A DNA stretch of 64,000 nt from Setoptus koraiensis (lineage: Eukaryota > Animalia > Arthropoda): the NCBI GenBank assembly GCA_048013815.1, contig CM106585.1, positions 23,498,001 to 23,562,000 of the forward strand. Reading direction: 5' to 3'. Positions 10,662 through 23,332 of this stretch are shown here, in pieces (position 1 is the first letter of the stretch; the number at the start of each line of letters is the position of its first letter). The notes beneath the pieces were generated by a model. That model worked only from the letters and a program-made list of their open reading frames with translations, searched no databases and was not told where the DNA came from. The translations under genes were made by a program, and so were the position numbers.

Positions 10662-13600
10662 TTATAAATTACCTAGTTTCATAGAGGAATACACCCTTTT
10701 ACCGAGATCTTGAATGAACTCACTCAAGCCGCATATTTCCCTAGAACTATGACTACTGTAAGGTGGACTGACGAAGTGCTCCTTCAATGTCGTTACATCT
10801 AATAAAAGGAAAGCTGGACCGTCGATCTCCTGTTGTATTTATGTGATCAAGAGGGTATTGGAACATAAGTAGAGTAGAATTATAATTGACTGTCTCTAAG
10901 AAAAAGTGATTTACATGATAAAAAGACCTTTCTTTGATAGTTTACCTGTTCACGCAAATGTGTAGCAAATTGAGAGTACTTGCTATCCTTGACGAATTTA
11001 TAGACATCATCTATAGACCACTGGAATACTTCAGGATAAAGTTTTTGATTTATTCCATCCAATTCGATTTCCGCTCTTTGATTATTGTTTCGGGGGCAGT
11101 AGTCAGTTGAAGTAGGAGAACTTTTGTCCAAGTCATCTGCATAGTCAATGTCTGTTGACTGTCTCTTGATTCTATCTAGTTTTTTTCGGCTTTGGTGTTG
11201 AGCTGTTGTTTGGTCCAAACCTCTAGCAGTCGGATTGTCGTCAGAAATAGTTGGAGATCGTTTTCGTTTCGCTAAATTGCCATTAGTTTCTAAATTGATT
11301 TCAGTTTGGAGCGTGAATTTCTCATCCTGCTTTCCTTCATTTATATTACATTGATCTGAAACTTGAGTATTGATATGATTCTCTTGATCACTGCTACTCA
11401 ATGGAGATAAAGTCGAATTTGGATCTTCTGTATTAGGTTCCGCCCCTTCTGACTCGTCTGATATCACTTGTGCTGCCTTTAGGATGTCTTGACTAGGTTT
11501 TTTATCAACAATAGTCATCTCTCTTTGAATCTCCATGTCATGAGTGTCTGACGGTTCGTCTGCAGTAGTTTTGCAAACTTCTACCTCTTTGGGAGTTTTG
11601 CATCTGCTTTCTGTTGATTCCTGAGAAGCTCTCCCGCCGTAGTTTTGTCTTGCTTTAGCATCGGAATTCTTTGCATTCTTTTTGTTTGCATCAGACACAA
11701 ATTCACCCAACCTAGCTTTCTCCCTATAGTATATAGCACGTTTCATGAATTTGTTACTTTTCGTGAGACCCCTACAATGGCCTGGACAGTCGTCACCGTC
11801 GTATAGATTCGGTCCAAAGAGATTGTAACAACACTTGAGATGCTCACAGATACATTCGCAGTATGCCTCCACGTCCTCGGCATTGATGATTACAGGAAGT
11901 TCTTCACGATATACTCGTTTTTGATATTTCGCTTTGAAGGTCAAGGGACTAGTGTTGATAATGTTCCTTGAAATCAGTAGATCCTCAAAATTTTTAGAAC
12001 TCAAATCATTGAGGATTCTTGGTGGTACATATGCCACAGAAATAACTTTGGTAACCACTTCCTCCATAACTAATCGGACTGGTCCAGGGCCCACATACTG
12101 TGGCAAAGAGCAAATCTTTCCTTTGCTTAGTGCTGGACCGCTGAAACATTTATGATTGAAGTAAATCTTTGTACTTGCTGCGTCAATAAAATTGGGGAAA
12201 CGTTTTTTTATGATATGTAGAATGTAGTCGATTAATGGACGGTCCTTATCCAGATTTATGCGTCTAGGATCAAAAACGGAGTCATAAAGGCGTTTTTTAA
12301 TTTGTTCAACTAGTCTTTTGGATTTTGCTTTGACCAACTCTCCTACAGCGGTGGGCACATCTTGGGTATCAACTTGCTGTAGTAAATAGGAGAAATATGG
12401 CTGCTCTAATGTGGCCAACATGGAGTTCTCAATTATCTCGGGAAGTGAATATGACCTTCCAAGAGATAGACCGTGTCCAACTGTGCTTATGCTAGGATGA
12501 CAATAATGTAGACGGAATGAAACTTCTTTAACAGGAATTTTTTTTACTTGATCAGTTTCGCCGGAATTTGATGTTCCAAAAATGTCAATAGAGGTCTCCT
12601 CTTCGACATAAGAGCAGCCGATGCTTTTCATTTCTAATCTGCCTTGTTTGAATTTTGGGTCATCACTCAATAGCCATCTGAGCGTTAGGCGTCCACCATT
12701 ATTATCTACAACTATTGCAAACCAATGACTTAATGTATGAGACTCATTCGGTAGATTCACGTCGTTAGATTGTTTGAAGGCAGATGAATACTTATAATGA
12801 CATATCTCTAGAATAGCTCCAGGTACGAATAAACGCTGAGGACCAACACCTCCTAGATCGTAAAACTGTCTTGGTTTAGGAATAATTGATTTTAGAGCGA
12901 TCTTACTTTTATACTCTTCGATAGCTTTGTGTCTTATTGTCTTGCAAGTATGAAGTCTTTCCTCGTCAATCCTAGTCTCTTTTTCCAATTCGTCCTCTTC
13001 AGAGACTTTAGTGTTGTCCTTAGAAGAGGATAAACTCTCACTAGGATTAAGGTTCAATATACTACTACAATCAGCAGCATCAGCTGAATTTTGTTGTTGA
13101 GGTCTAGCATCATTGTCACCTTCAGTTGTGTTCGCCACTTGTTCCCCATCTCCAGCTGTTCTATCATCGCAATCTATCATGAGAGAATCGCAATCCAACT
13201 CATTTAAAGCTTGTAGCGCAGCTTCTAGTTCTTTGGCATCCTCCGGCTTAAATGGTATATTTTTGCACTTTATTGCATCCGAATGATCGAGAGGTTCTTC
13301 AGCCGACAGAAGATCATCGACATTTTTTATGTTTGCATATGGATCTTTTCTAGTCGGTAGCTTCGGTGGTCTCTTGAGTTCATATTGTGATTTTAATTGA
13401 GGTTGTAAATAGTGTCCTGGTGGATAGCAGCGCCTTTTGCTATTGGCCGAAGTATATAGCCAAAACTCGCCGTAATCACATTCCCAACGAAGAAGTAGCA
13501 AATGTTTGAAGTTGTAAACTATTCTTGCTAGCCAATATTTACAAGGTTCATGCTCTACCTCAACTAATTCATTTATATCATAACCGTAATAAAGATCCAT

Positions 13601-13675
13601 ATTTGATTGCGAGAATGCGTCCTCCACAATTGAACAATCCTCATTGATATCCCTATCATGTTGTGTAGGTTCCAT
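10662..13675 (-). CDS. SFMBT: SFMBT-like Polycomb protein: degenerate MBT repeats + SLED domain + C-terminal SAM
   Basis: Exon 13675-10946, phase-0 intron 10945-10830, exon 10829-10662. The SLED domain reads IYFNHKCFSGPALSKGKICSLPQYVGPGPVRLVMEEVV...AYVPPRIL...FKAKYQKRVY...CECICEHLKCCYNLFGP. MBT-like segments are ELVEVEHEPCKYWLARIV...LLLLRW and GAILEI...WFAIVVDNNGGRLTLRW. The SAM reads WSIDDVYKFVKD...FATHLREQ/EIDGPAFLLL. Confidence 0.85.
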
Positions 13676-15367
13676 GCTTGAATAGTATTGTCGATGAGTA
13701 TGATCAATAAGTTAAAATTTCTTTTAACTAATTGTGTTAAAAATTTTCTGTTTGTTTCTTTAAAGGGATGCTTCTTCTAGGTGAGATTATAGCATAGTAT
13801 TTTATCTTTTTTTACTAACAGTTTAATCAATGATTATAATGCTTTTGATTGAGTTGAGTAGCATACACACGCAGTTGGTTTACAAATGAGTCGCACGGGC
13901 TAAAAACGAACGAAACGCAAAACGAAACTCAGACACATAGGAACATCTTCAGGAATAATATAAAGTATTCTTGGCTTGAGGTAATTTTTTGTAAATACTT
14001 AGAATTTGTAAATTGTTGGTAACAATTTTTATCTAAGACTTGATTAATAATTAGCTATAGTTTTGTTTCAACTAATCGATGCAAATGCAATACATGAATG
14101 ATCCCAAGTCGTAACTCTCGGACAAATATCACCCACTTCCTTTTCGCTTGGCTATCTGGTAAAATTTCTCTCTTTCTTTCTCTCTCGCACACTCACGCAC
14201 ACTCGAAATACCTGACAAAACAGGGTTTTTTTGTGATGTTGCTGCTTTTTAGTGCATTGAAAAAAACCCTGAAATGCACGGAAAATAGTGAAAAGGACTT
14301 GAGAGTTGCTAGAAAATATACTGATGTTAAAATGTAGTGGATAAAACAAATAGAAATCTCCCAAGAACACAAATAATGCTGTTGATTTGTTTTATTGTAT
14401 ACTTTCCAAGAGGGTCTAAACACTTTGAATATAGCGTTGTGGTATAATTACAAGGAGAGTGTGCAAAAACAATCACTGTCTTCATGCTCAAAGACATCTC
14501 TAGATGTTAACATTGAACTATGCATAACTTGATATTGTCGAGAGAAATTCAGGTTACTCTACTGATACAGTAATGTCAGCCCGACATTGACTTGTGTTCC
14601 AGTGTGATTATACTGATCTTTTTTCTGCAATATTTTCGGCCATGATCAGGAGAAATTTTATTTAAAAGGAATCCAGAGAATAATGGGCAACCCATTGCTT
14701 AAATGAGCTGGTCGGGAATTCTGGTTTTTGAATCAACAGCCATAGTCGGTTGTGTAGAGATCTGGTTCGCGCCAAATAAACAATACATTTCCACCTGTTT
14801 TTTCTATTGATAAAAGTCACATTCAAAAATCTCTTCGAAGGTTCTAGATTCAGACTTGAATCAATGCGGTTTATAATTTAGGCTAGAAAGACTTCCGCCA
14901 CTTGTTTTTGGATCAATCGACATTCATCGTTAGTTCACCAATATAGCTTGCTACACTCAGGGGGACATATTGTCTGCTCCAACGGGATCTCTCGAATATG
15001 GTGGTAACCCCAACAGATACCTGGGATTTAGTGTAATTTTCTACGATGCATCAATGCATTACTCATACTGCGTCAGATTTGTTAGATATCATACTTTCCT
15101 GCGGCCACCCCGTCTCGCCTTTTCTCAATGCACCGCAATGTACGGGGTAGGAAAAGGTATCTGCGCAAGATAGAGTTACAGCGCTACAAAATGTGCTTAA
15201 GCTTCAATGCAGACTCAAGAATTCACAATCCCCAATACCAATCACTTTCATGACTAAAAGATGCATAAACAAGGATGGAGCATTACCAATATCTCCAAGC
15301 ACTTGGAATTTAGTTCAAATTAGCAATATTTTGCTCAATCTCTGGGCGTATTTCACGAGTTTTGTCT

Positions 15368-15374
<7 letters not shown>

Positions 15375-15426
<52 letters not shown>
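15375..15426. repeat. (CT)n microsatellite, about 26 units
   Basis: Uninterrupted CT run seen directly. Confidence 0.95.
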
Positions 15427-15431
<5 letters not shown>

Positions 15432-15632
15432 TTTCGTTCCGACCATTGTTTTAATAGTCACTCAAGATGTCAAGATGCGAATGGTAACGATCGGGTATTA
15501 GAGATGATGACTCAGAAGTCGTAGTTTATTGATTCGGGATCTGTTAAAGAGTGCAAAAATATTATTAGATTGGTCGAATATAGATAATCCTAAGATGTGA
15601 ATAGTTTCTTAACCATGTGGGCAGCTAACATT

Positions 15633-17252
15633 CTACGAATAAGTACGGATACTCATAGCTCTTTCATTGCTGTTGCCGGTAATGTCAAGACATCTTTCGT
15701 CAACGTCTTTGAGCATGGCACGAAGTCGATGCGTTATATCGGCAGCATCCGATATAATCTTGTTTTCGGTAGAATTAAAAAAACTTTTGTTTGTTATCTC
15801 GACGGTTATATCGTCACTGCATAGAGATTCATAAGAAGAATTTGATAATCGACAGATTTTGCTATCGAGCCACGCAGGAGGATTCATGTCTTCAGCCGAT
15901 AACGATATTGAAGATGAACTAACTTCTTCGAATGTTATGCCATCAGATGACGCCGAATTACTATGAGAGGAGCCTTTTCTTTTATCAGCAGTATAGCCGG
16001 AATGATGCGTTGAACTCAAGTGATCTTGTTCCTGGTTAAGATCGCATATTGAGGCATCTACATGAGAATGACAAGTTGTGTCGAGAGTGAGACGTGATAA
16101 ATCATGCAAATCTTGACAACAAATATTGCACTTCAGATCTTTTTGGCGAGAAGTGCAGTTCTCTTTGGAGCTCTCAAATGATTCTTTTGGTAGCGTAACA
16201 GACTTCCTGACTGTGGACGATCTTTGGTATGATTTGTCTGATGTAATGACGTTCTCATTTTGAACAACATTCCGAACAACAGGAGGCCTCATTCGATTAG
16301 TTGATATACTGATAGGTATTTGAACAAGATTCATTTTCTGGGCAGCTTTCAAAGCTATGGTCCTTTGGAGCTCGTTCGGAGCTGAAGATTTTCGTATACC
16401 TAGAAATGTGGACACTGGTTGCCTCCTGGTTGCGGTATCTTCCGTTTTGGAAACAGATTTGTTCTTGGCATGCGATATTTCATTGAGAATAGTATTCTCA
16501 GCCGTTTCATTCTCAGATCCTGATGGCTCGAACGATGTAGTTGAATAATTACAGCTCGATTGTTCTCGATTTTTTGAATCCTTAGCTGCGCTGTATTGGG
16601 ATGACCGATTGATGAGTTTTATATGAGAATATTTATCTCTAACATCCTTCAGTTTCCTTGTGTTCGCGTCATCTTTTTCGGAATGTACTATTTTCTCTGT
16701 TCGGCGCTCTAGGTCTTGGATCCTTTTAGCCAATGCAGCCTGCTTTTGGCGCTCGTAAGTTCTGACCTCTGCTATTTGTTCACATCTCTTTTTCAACTTT
16801 TCATATTCCTCATCTTGATCTCTTATCAATCTTGCTAGCTGGTGACCCACACCAAAAGTTTTCAAAAGATGCTCATTAAGATTACGCAAATTGTGCAGCT
16901 CGTTTTGAATATTCTCCAATTTTCTATTCAAAGATAAACGTTCAATTTTGTGATTTTGACGCTCTTCGGCCCTTTTGAGTCTATCCTTGGAGAGATCGTT
17001 ATACTTCATGCGAGCCTTCAACATTTGGTTATATTGATTGTCTTGAGGCTCACACGATCGAGCAGGCTTGGCCCAATTTGACTCAATAGTTTTATGTCTG
17101 AGCTGCCTCTTAATTCTTTTGTCGGCCTCTTGGTCTTGATTGAGCGAGATATGATTGAAATGAACCTTAGCTCTAGACATACGCGATACTCTCTCCACTA
17201 GTGGATCAACTCCTTTTTTACCATTGGTCAGTTTTGTGCAATCGTTAACCAT
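15633..17252 (-). CDS. Uncharacterised coiled-coil / Ser-rich protein (orphan), single exon
   Basis: Long open frame (track 15633-17333); the first plausible ATG is 17252 (MVNDCTK). The N-terminal half has a heptad-like charged helix (LNRKLENIQNELHNLRNLNEHLL...EYEKLKKRCEQI...IQDLERRTEK) and the C-terminus is Ser-rich. No family recognised. Confidence 0.75.
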   Translation of the reverse strand: MVNDCTKLTNGKKGVDPLVERVSRMSRAKVHFNHISLNQDQEADKRIKRQLRHKTIESNWAKPARSCEPQDNQYNQMLKARMKYNDLSKDRLKRAEERQNHKIERLSLNRKLENIQNELHNLRNLNEHLLKTFGVGHQLARLIRDQDEEYEKLKKRCEQIAEVRTYERQKQAALAKRIQDLERRTEKIVHSEKDDANTRKLKDVRDKYSHIKLINRSSQYSAAKDSKNREQSSCNYSTTSFEPSGSENETAENTILNEISHAKNKSVSKTEDTATRRQPVSTFLGIRKSSAPNELQRTIALKAAQKMNLVQIPISISTNRMRPPVVRNVVQNENVITSDKSYQRSSTVRKSVTLPKESFESSKENCTSRQKDLKCNICCQDLHDLSRLTLDTTCHSHVDASICDLNQEQDHLSSTHHSGYTADKRKGSSHSNSASSDGITFEEVSSSSISLSAEDMNPPAWLDSKICRLSNSSYESLCSDDITVEITNKSFFNSTENKIISDAADITHRLRAMLKDVDERCLDITGNSNERAMSIRTYS

Positions 17253-20200
17253 CGTGCCAGACTTGTAAAATGTAAACGGTGTTAAGCAAATACTGTAAAA
17301 GTGTGTGTGCGTGTGATTCTTTTGGTGGTTCAATATTGTTGATATTTAAATTGCAAGATGGTCATCTGGTGTCATCTGGGGGTTTGGTGTGAAGCTGCTT
17401 TGAATAGATTGAGGGAAAAAATCGTAGGGCCTAAGAATAATAATTATTATAATTTTTATATAATCATGTAATGTTGTTGATTGCAAATAGGATAAATTAA
17501 TACAAAACGAGACAACAAGTAGCCACGCCAATGACCATGATGCGTGCAGTTTATACGTAGAGTGACTTTCAGCCCGTATCAGCTTACGTATAGAAAACAG
17601 GAGAGAGTGAATTTTGAAACGGTATGCTATAGACACGCACACCAACGGTTATTTTTGTGGACCATATAAACAACGGTTATCTATCGACGTACCCCATGGT
17701 TGTTGATTCGGCTCGCATGCGCCATCTACCAATGAAATAGTAAACTTGAAATTATTTATCTAAAATGTTGCAACGTGCAACTTGACATTTTTTGTTGTTG
17801 ATATTGCTGCTGCCGTTGTTATTGTGTCACGGTGACATTTGCATTTTATTTATCCTTGTGAATCATAAAAGTCGCATGTAATAACACCAACAGACAATAA
17901 ATGATCTCAATTACATAATATACAATGTAGCAATAAATGATGCGAAATTTCTCAAGCATTCGGATATAGGCTTCACATAAATGTGTACACACCTCTTACG
18001 ATCAACCTCGAAGATATTCACGTAAGCCGATGAAATCCGACACCAGGTAATTTCAACACTGCCATCTTTCATCTATGTCTTTCAAAGCAACTCAAGAGTT
18101 TGTTAAACAATCAGAACAAAAACAATCACAAGCGGATACAATATGCTCTGATACTATTGTATATTGGTTTGATGTGTGACAAACGAAAAATTTTATCCTG
18201 AAGTCATCTTGCGCCATGACTTAGACACTATTTCTCATTGTTGGTCTTCACAAATATGATATCTTTTTTAACATGACAGATTACTATTATATTATGTTTC
18301 ATACTACAACTACTGACATCGTATCAAATGACGGATGCTAGTAACCACAAGTATCCGTCAACACTGTGCAAGTCAACACTGAGAGTCTCGCCAATCAAAA
18401 CGTGTCACATGTTCAGGCGAAACTTTCATCACCAATATGACATGCACAAAATTGAGGACATTATATCACACGAATGGTAAAATGTAACTAATCTCAACCG
18501 TCAGTACCTCTGTAATATCTTCTCACATTATTTATGTTCCAGTTCGTCATCAAATCATTTTAGTAGACGAACTTTAAGAAGTCTCGACGTTTGATACATC
18601 AATCTACATCTTTGGAAGTAATTATTTTCACAACAACAACAACAAATCCACTGCCACTCTACGAAGCCACTCGATCTATGATAAATATTATTTTTTTCGT
18701 TTTTTATTCAAACTGTAATCCATCTGTTGTCGCAAGAATTTGTCTTGTGACAAATTCTTCTCATCTCACAACTGAATAACTCGATGCCTGAGTGTTTGTA
18801 TGTGAGAAGATTAACATTACTCAGAGTATTCACCATCCGTGTAAACCGGTTTTCATACTCTTCTACGGAATCAAGATTTATACTTCTGCAACTACATAAC
18901 AATACTTCTGAAATTGAAGCATCTAATATCAAATAGACAAATGATGAATTCAAGAAATTTTCTACTTCATTTTGCAACATTGAACACGCTTGTATTATGT
19001 CGATAGGAAGTTGAACTCACATTTTACCATGGAAGCTGATAGGTAAATTAGATGACGCATCCCGATGAAATCGCTTGCCATCATTTACAAATTCTTTACT
19101 CACAGAGTTTGTATTGACAAGCCAGGAATTCGTCCTCTCAGCTCCAGAGTGGGCCCAGTAACAACATCCGGCGTCCCATTCTTTCAATTAAATCGAGTAT
19201 ATGTCATCAAATAGATTCGAAATAATCAGCATAAGGGTGCAGGAAAAAAGATCAAATACGTTCTATGGTTATTATTGAGACAAAGTTTATAGTGAAATTA
19301 GAGAAACTTTCAAACTTATATTGAGTTGGCTCGACACAGAAACCGCTCAAAGGAGCTGAATAAATCACTCACTGATCCATGATCCTACTAAAACTACTCA
19401 CATAGACTTTACCTTCAGAATCCCTCCTTTGCAAAAGTCTCAAATCTCTTTAGCTCACATGATAAGCATAAGGGATATCAACTTGATTGCTTCAACACTC
19501 ACCTCAAAAAAAAAGTAACACACAGACACACACATCCACACACGCTCAATTGTGGGGTAGTGCAACCTGTAGTTAGTAGTGGTTACTAGTTTTGAGCTAG
19601 GATGATGACTATCACCTCCACAACTAGCTAGTTGTTAATATACATTTCTCTTGCAAACTAACTGGACTGTTAAACGTAAAGATGGTGATCAAGCTCAAAA
19701 CTAGATGTACTGTAGAAACTAGTAAGCCGAGTCAAAGTACATCCATCGTATCCATCTTCTTAAACCACTTCTAGTTCAGGAATCCTGAGAACAACTACCT
19801 ACTCTGGAGGCTGTAAAAAGAGATAGGATAGTATTGGCTACAAATCTACAGTCTGCGTGGCAAGATTACAGGCACAATCAAGCAGAGTGTATATCATTAA
19901 TTGAACAATTCTTTATCAAAGAGAGGCAGATATATACTAGCTGAGACAACCTGCATCGGACCATCGCAGCTTCTGAAGCAATCTTTTGAAGTATCACCTG
20001 TTCAAGGTAGTGGAACTTGCAATGGGTATATAGACATAGAGAGAACGCTCTCATTGCATTATTATATGGTGACACTCGCTAGTATTATCGTCGAGATATT
20101 GAGTTGGAATATCTCATAGGCTCGTCATTCAATAGTTTATACTATACAGAAGTAACGACAGTTTGAAATAATGCTCCAATAATCTACTATTGGATATTGA

Positions 20201-20320
20201 AACAATCAACAGCAAGAAACATCAAAGATAATAAAGAAAAAAAAGTTGTAAACAAATAATATTATTTATACATAGTATATTAAGTATTGATTTTTTCTAA
20301 ATTGAAAAAAAAAGTTTGAA

Positions 20321-21659
20321 ATGTCTGCTAATGGCACTCGTGATAATGGATATCATGAAAGAGAAGTATTCATCGTATCCGCTACAAGAACACCCATAGG
20401 ATCATTTAATGGAAGTCTATCATCATTGACAGCGCCCCAATTGGCTTCACTTGCAATTAAGAGTGCCTTAAAACAAGGCGGGGATTTGCCTGTCGACAAA
20501 GTGCAAAAAGTAATCATTGGTCAAGCTGTTCAGGCTGGAGCTGGTCAGGCAGCAGCCAAACAAGCCTTAGTGGGCGCCGGTTTGCCGACAACTTGTAGAG
20601 ATGCCATCATCAACCAGGTCTGTGCCTCTGGTACACAGGCCTTGATAATGGCAACAGATAAAATTAGATTAAATATTTATGATTGCGTTGTTGCAGCTGG
20701 TATGGAAAGTATGTCCAATATACCTTACTACCAAAAGCGTCCATCTAATCTTCCAGTATATGGTGGTTTCAAGATAGAGGATGGCCTAGAAATAGACGGC
20801 TTGACAGATTCTTTTAACAACTGTCACATGGGTAAATGTGCGGAACATACAGCTAAATTGTATGCCATTACTCGTGAAGATCAAGATGAGTATGCGATTT
20901 CTAGCTACCAGAGAGCTAAGACGGCCAGCGAAGGGGGTATATTAGCCAAAGAGATAACTCCTGTTGAGGTTTCAGGAGGAAGGAATAAACCAACAAAATT
21001 GATAACAGAAGATGAAGAGTATAAGAAAATCGATATAAACAAAGTGGCCACATTGCGTCCAGTATTTGCTTCTGATGGAACTGGCACTATTACAGCTGCG
21101 AACGCTAGCACCCTAAGCGATGGTGCTGCCGCTTGCCTGGTAATGTCATCTAAGGCAGTAATTGATAATAATATTACACCATTGGCCAAGATTATATCCT
21201 ATGGTGGAAGTGCTAATGATCCTATTGACTTTGCCACAGCACCTTCTGAGGCCGTCAAAGAGGTAGGTTTCCGATTCTAACTGAGTTGAAATTTTGTTGA
21301 GTTTGTGTTTGTCACAGTGCGAGTTGGTAATCTTTCTATTTTCATTACTACCATCATAATAATCGTTAAAATTAACACAGGCCTTGAAAAGGGCCAATTT
21401 AGATATCGAGGATATAACAGCCTGGGAAATAAATGAAGCATTCAGTGTAGCTGCATTGGCCAATATTAAAATACTCGGATTAGATCGAAACAAAGTAAAT
21501 ATCAACGGTGGGGGTGTCAGCTTAGGGCACCCACTTGGCATGTCCGGCGTCAGAATTGTAGTTACATTGGCGCATAACTTACTTCCTGGCCAGTATGGTT
21601 GTGCTAGTATATGCAGAGGGGGAGGTGGAGCGTCAGCAATAATAATCCAGAGGTTATAG
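20321..21659 (+). CDS. ACAT1: Acetyl-CoA acetyltransferase (thiolase, T2/ACAT1-like)
   Basis: Exons 20321-21262 and 21381-21659 with a phase-0 intron at 21263-21380. Thiolase fingerprints are [14 protein letters not shown] (catalytic Cys), [29 protein letters not shown] and [11 protein letters not shown]. Confidence 0.93.
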
Positions 21660-22235
21660 AGATAATAATAAAAGTCAGATTACAAATATAGTTTATAACG
21701 AATAATAGAATAGTAGGCGATTGTTGTTAAATCGTGATATTTTAAGAAAGGGTGAACGATCCAAAATCTTGAAGGCAAAATCCAATGACTAAAAATGAAT
21801 TTCCTCTATTCTCGACTCTTGTGTCTTTATGTTTTCACCGAGGATCATGATTCATGACCAATTGATTCCCTCACTAATTTCACAAATTTGATCATATATC
21901 AATATTAGCAGTCAATCAGCATGTAAAAAGGGACAGATTTATTAATTGTGTCCATCATGGCGAACTTCAAATTTATATTCGCCGGACAATGCTACTCATG
22001 ATTGTTCAGTGGGTAAAGATGCGATGGAACTCTCGCACCGGTTTTGTTGCATAAGAAATCGTCTGAGACGAATGGCCATAAGAGGGCCATCAGAAAGAGA
22101 GACCCAAGAAATCTTCCAAGTATGGATATGATTAAAGTTACTCATACGCTTTAAATTCTCTAAGAGATATAATCGTGATTGATACTAACAAATGTTTTAA
22201 TTACAACTAATGGTTTCAAGTATTTTTGAGAGCTA

Positions 22236-23332
22236 CTAACTGGTCGAAAGTCCAAAGAGCTCTTTGATTGTGTCATTCAGCGTGTATTGTACGGCAAATA
22301 ATGGTACTACCCTCAAGTAGTTGATTGATAGTCCTCTGTATAGACCTTTGGCGATGCCGTTCTCCTTATAGATTAATTTCAATGTCTTGAAGGCGTTTTC
22401 ACTGAACTTAGCTGTATCTGGACTCAACAAACCCAATTGCATACGACGACGAGCCACATCTAAAGGGTAGCCCAATGTGTTGGCGATCGCCGCTGACATA
22501 GCACCCAAGAAAAGTCTGGACTCTGTACTCAGACTAAGCTCACCAGACTTGGGATCGATTTTTCCAAATTTACCCGGATATCTACCTAATACAAAATGTT
22601 TTGATGAATCGACTGTGTAGAAATTGCAAGCATTATATGGTATCATAGCTATAAGAGTGGCGGACATTCCGCGATAGAGGGCCTTAAGGCCGCCCTCATT
22701 TTTGACCGCTTGAACTAGAGTTGTCCATATCGCCGATTTAGGTATTAAACTATTTGGATTCGATACAATGTTAGATTTGACTTGAAATGTTAACCTTGCA
22801 CGAACTAAATCTAACGGGTATGTGAGGACAACGGCAGTTCCTCCGGCTGCTCCACCTGCTAAGGCCCTTTCCAGATGATGCTTTTCGCCGGAGGAAGAGC
22901 GTAACAACGGGCCGAGCAATTCCTTGTATGTATCGAATGTATAGAATTGTATACCAGAGTAAGGGAAGATCCTTATTGCTTGAGCTCCGTTGCCTTTGTA
23001 TAATCCTAAAAAAGATTCATTCTTCACCATACTTTTGAGGCCACTTATTACTCCATGGTTTTTGTACAATACATTTTGAGCTTGAACGAGAATTTTCATC
23101 CTGTCCAATGGAGCGACAACTGTTTTGGCGCATATTCCAGCGATACCTGTAAACAACAGAGGAATGTGTGTTAATTGGTTGAAAAAAGTTATGCATTCGT
23201 AGTAGTTAAGTTTCCAATGGAATCATGATTACCTCCTGCCAAGAGCGATCTGGTGGCTTTGGCGCCCCACTGCAGTTTAGGTTTGATTTGGCCAGCATCT
23301 GCCGACATGGCCAGTTGCTTACTACCATGCAT
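22236..23332 (-). CDS. SLC25A16: Mitochondrial carrier SLC25A16 (Graves disease carrier, CoA transporter family)
   Basis: Exon 23332-23233 (alternative start ATG 23308), phase-1 intron 23232-23147, exon 23146-22236. The product reads SLLAG/GIAGICAKTVVAPLDRMKIL...LYKGNGAQAIRIFPY...TYPLDLVRARL...GYPLDVARRRMQ...GLYRGLSINYLR, with three PX(D/E)XX(K/R) carrier signatures. Confidence 0.88.

Noticed and set aside
14970-15501. Plus-strand ORFs, including a frame with one internal TAG that runs into the CT microsatellite
   Set aside because: No recognisable motif; the length is partly due to the (CT)n run encoding poly-(SL).
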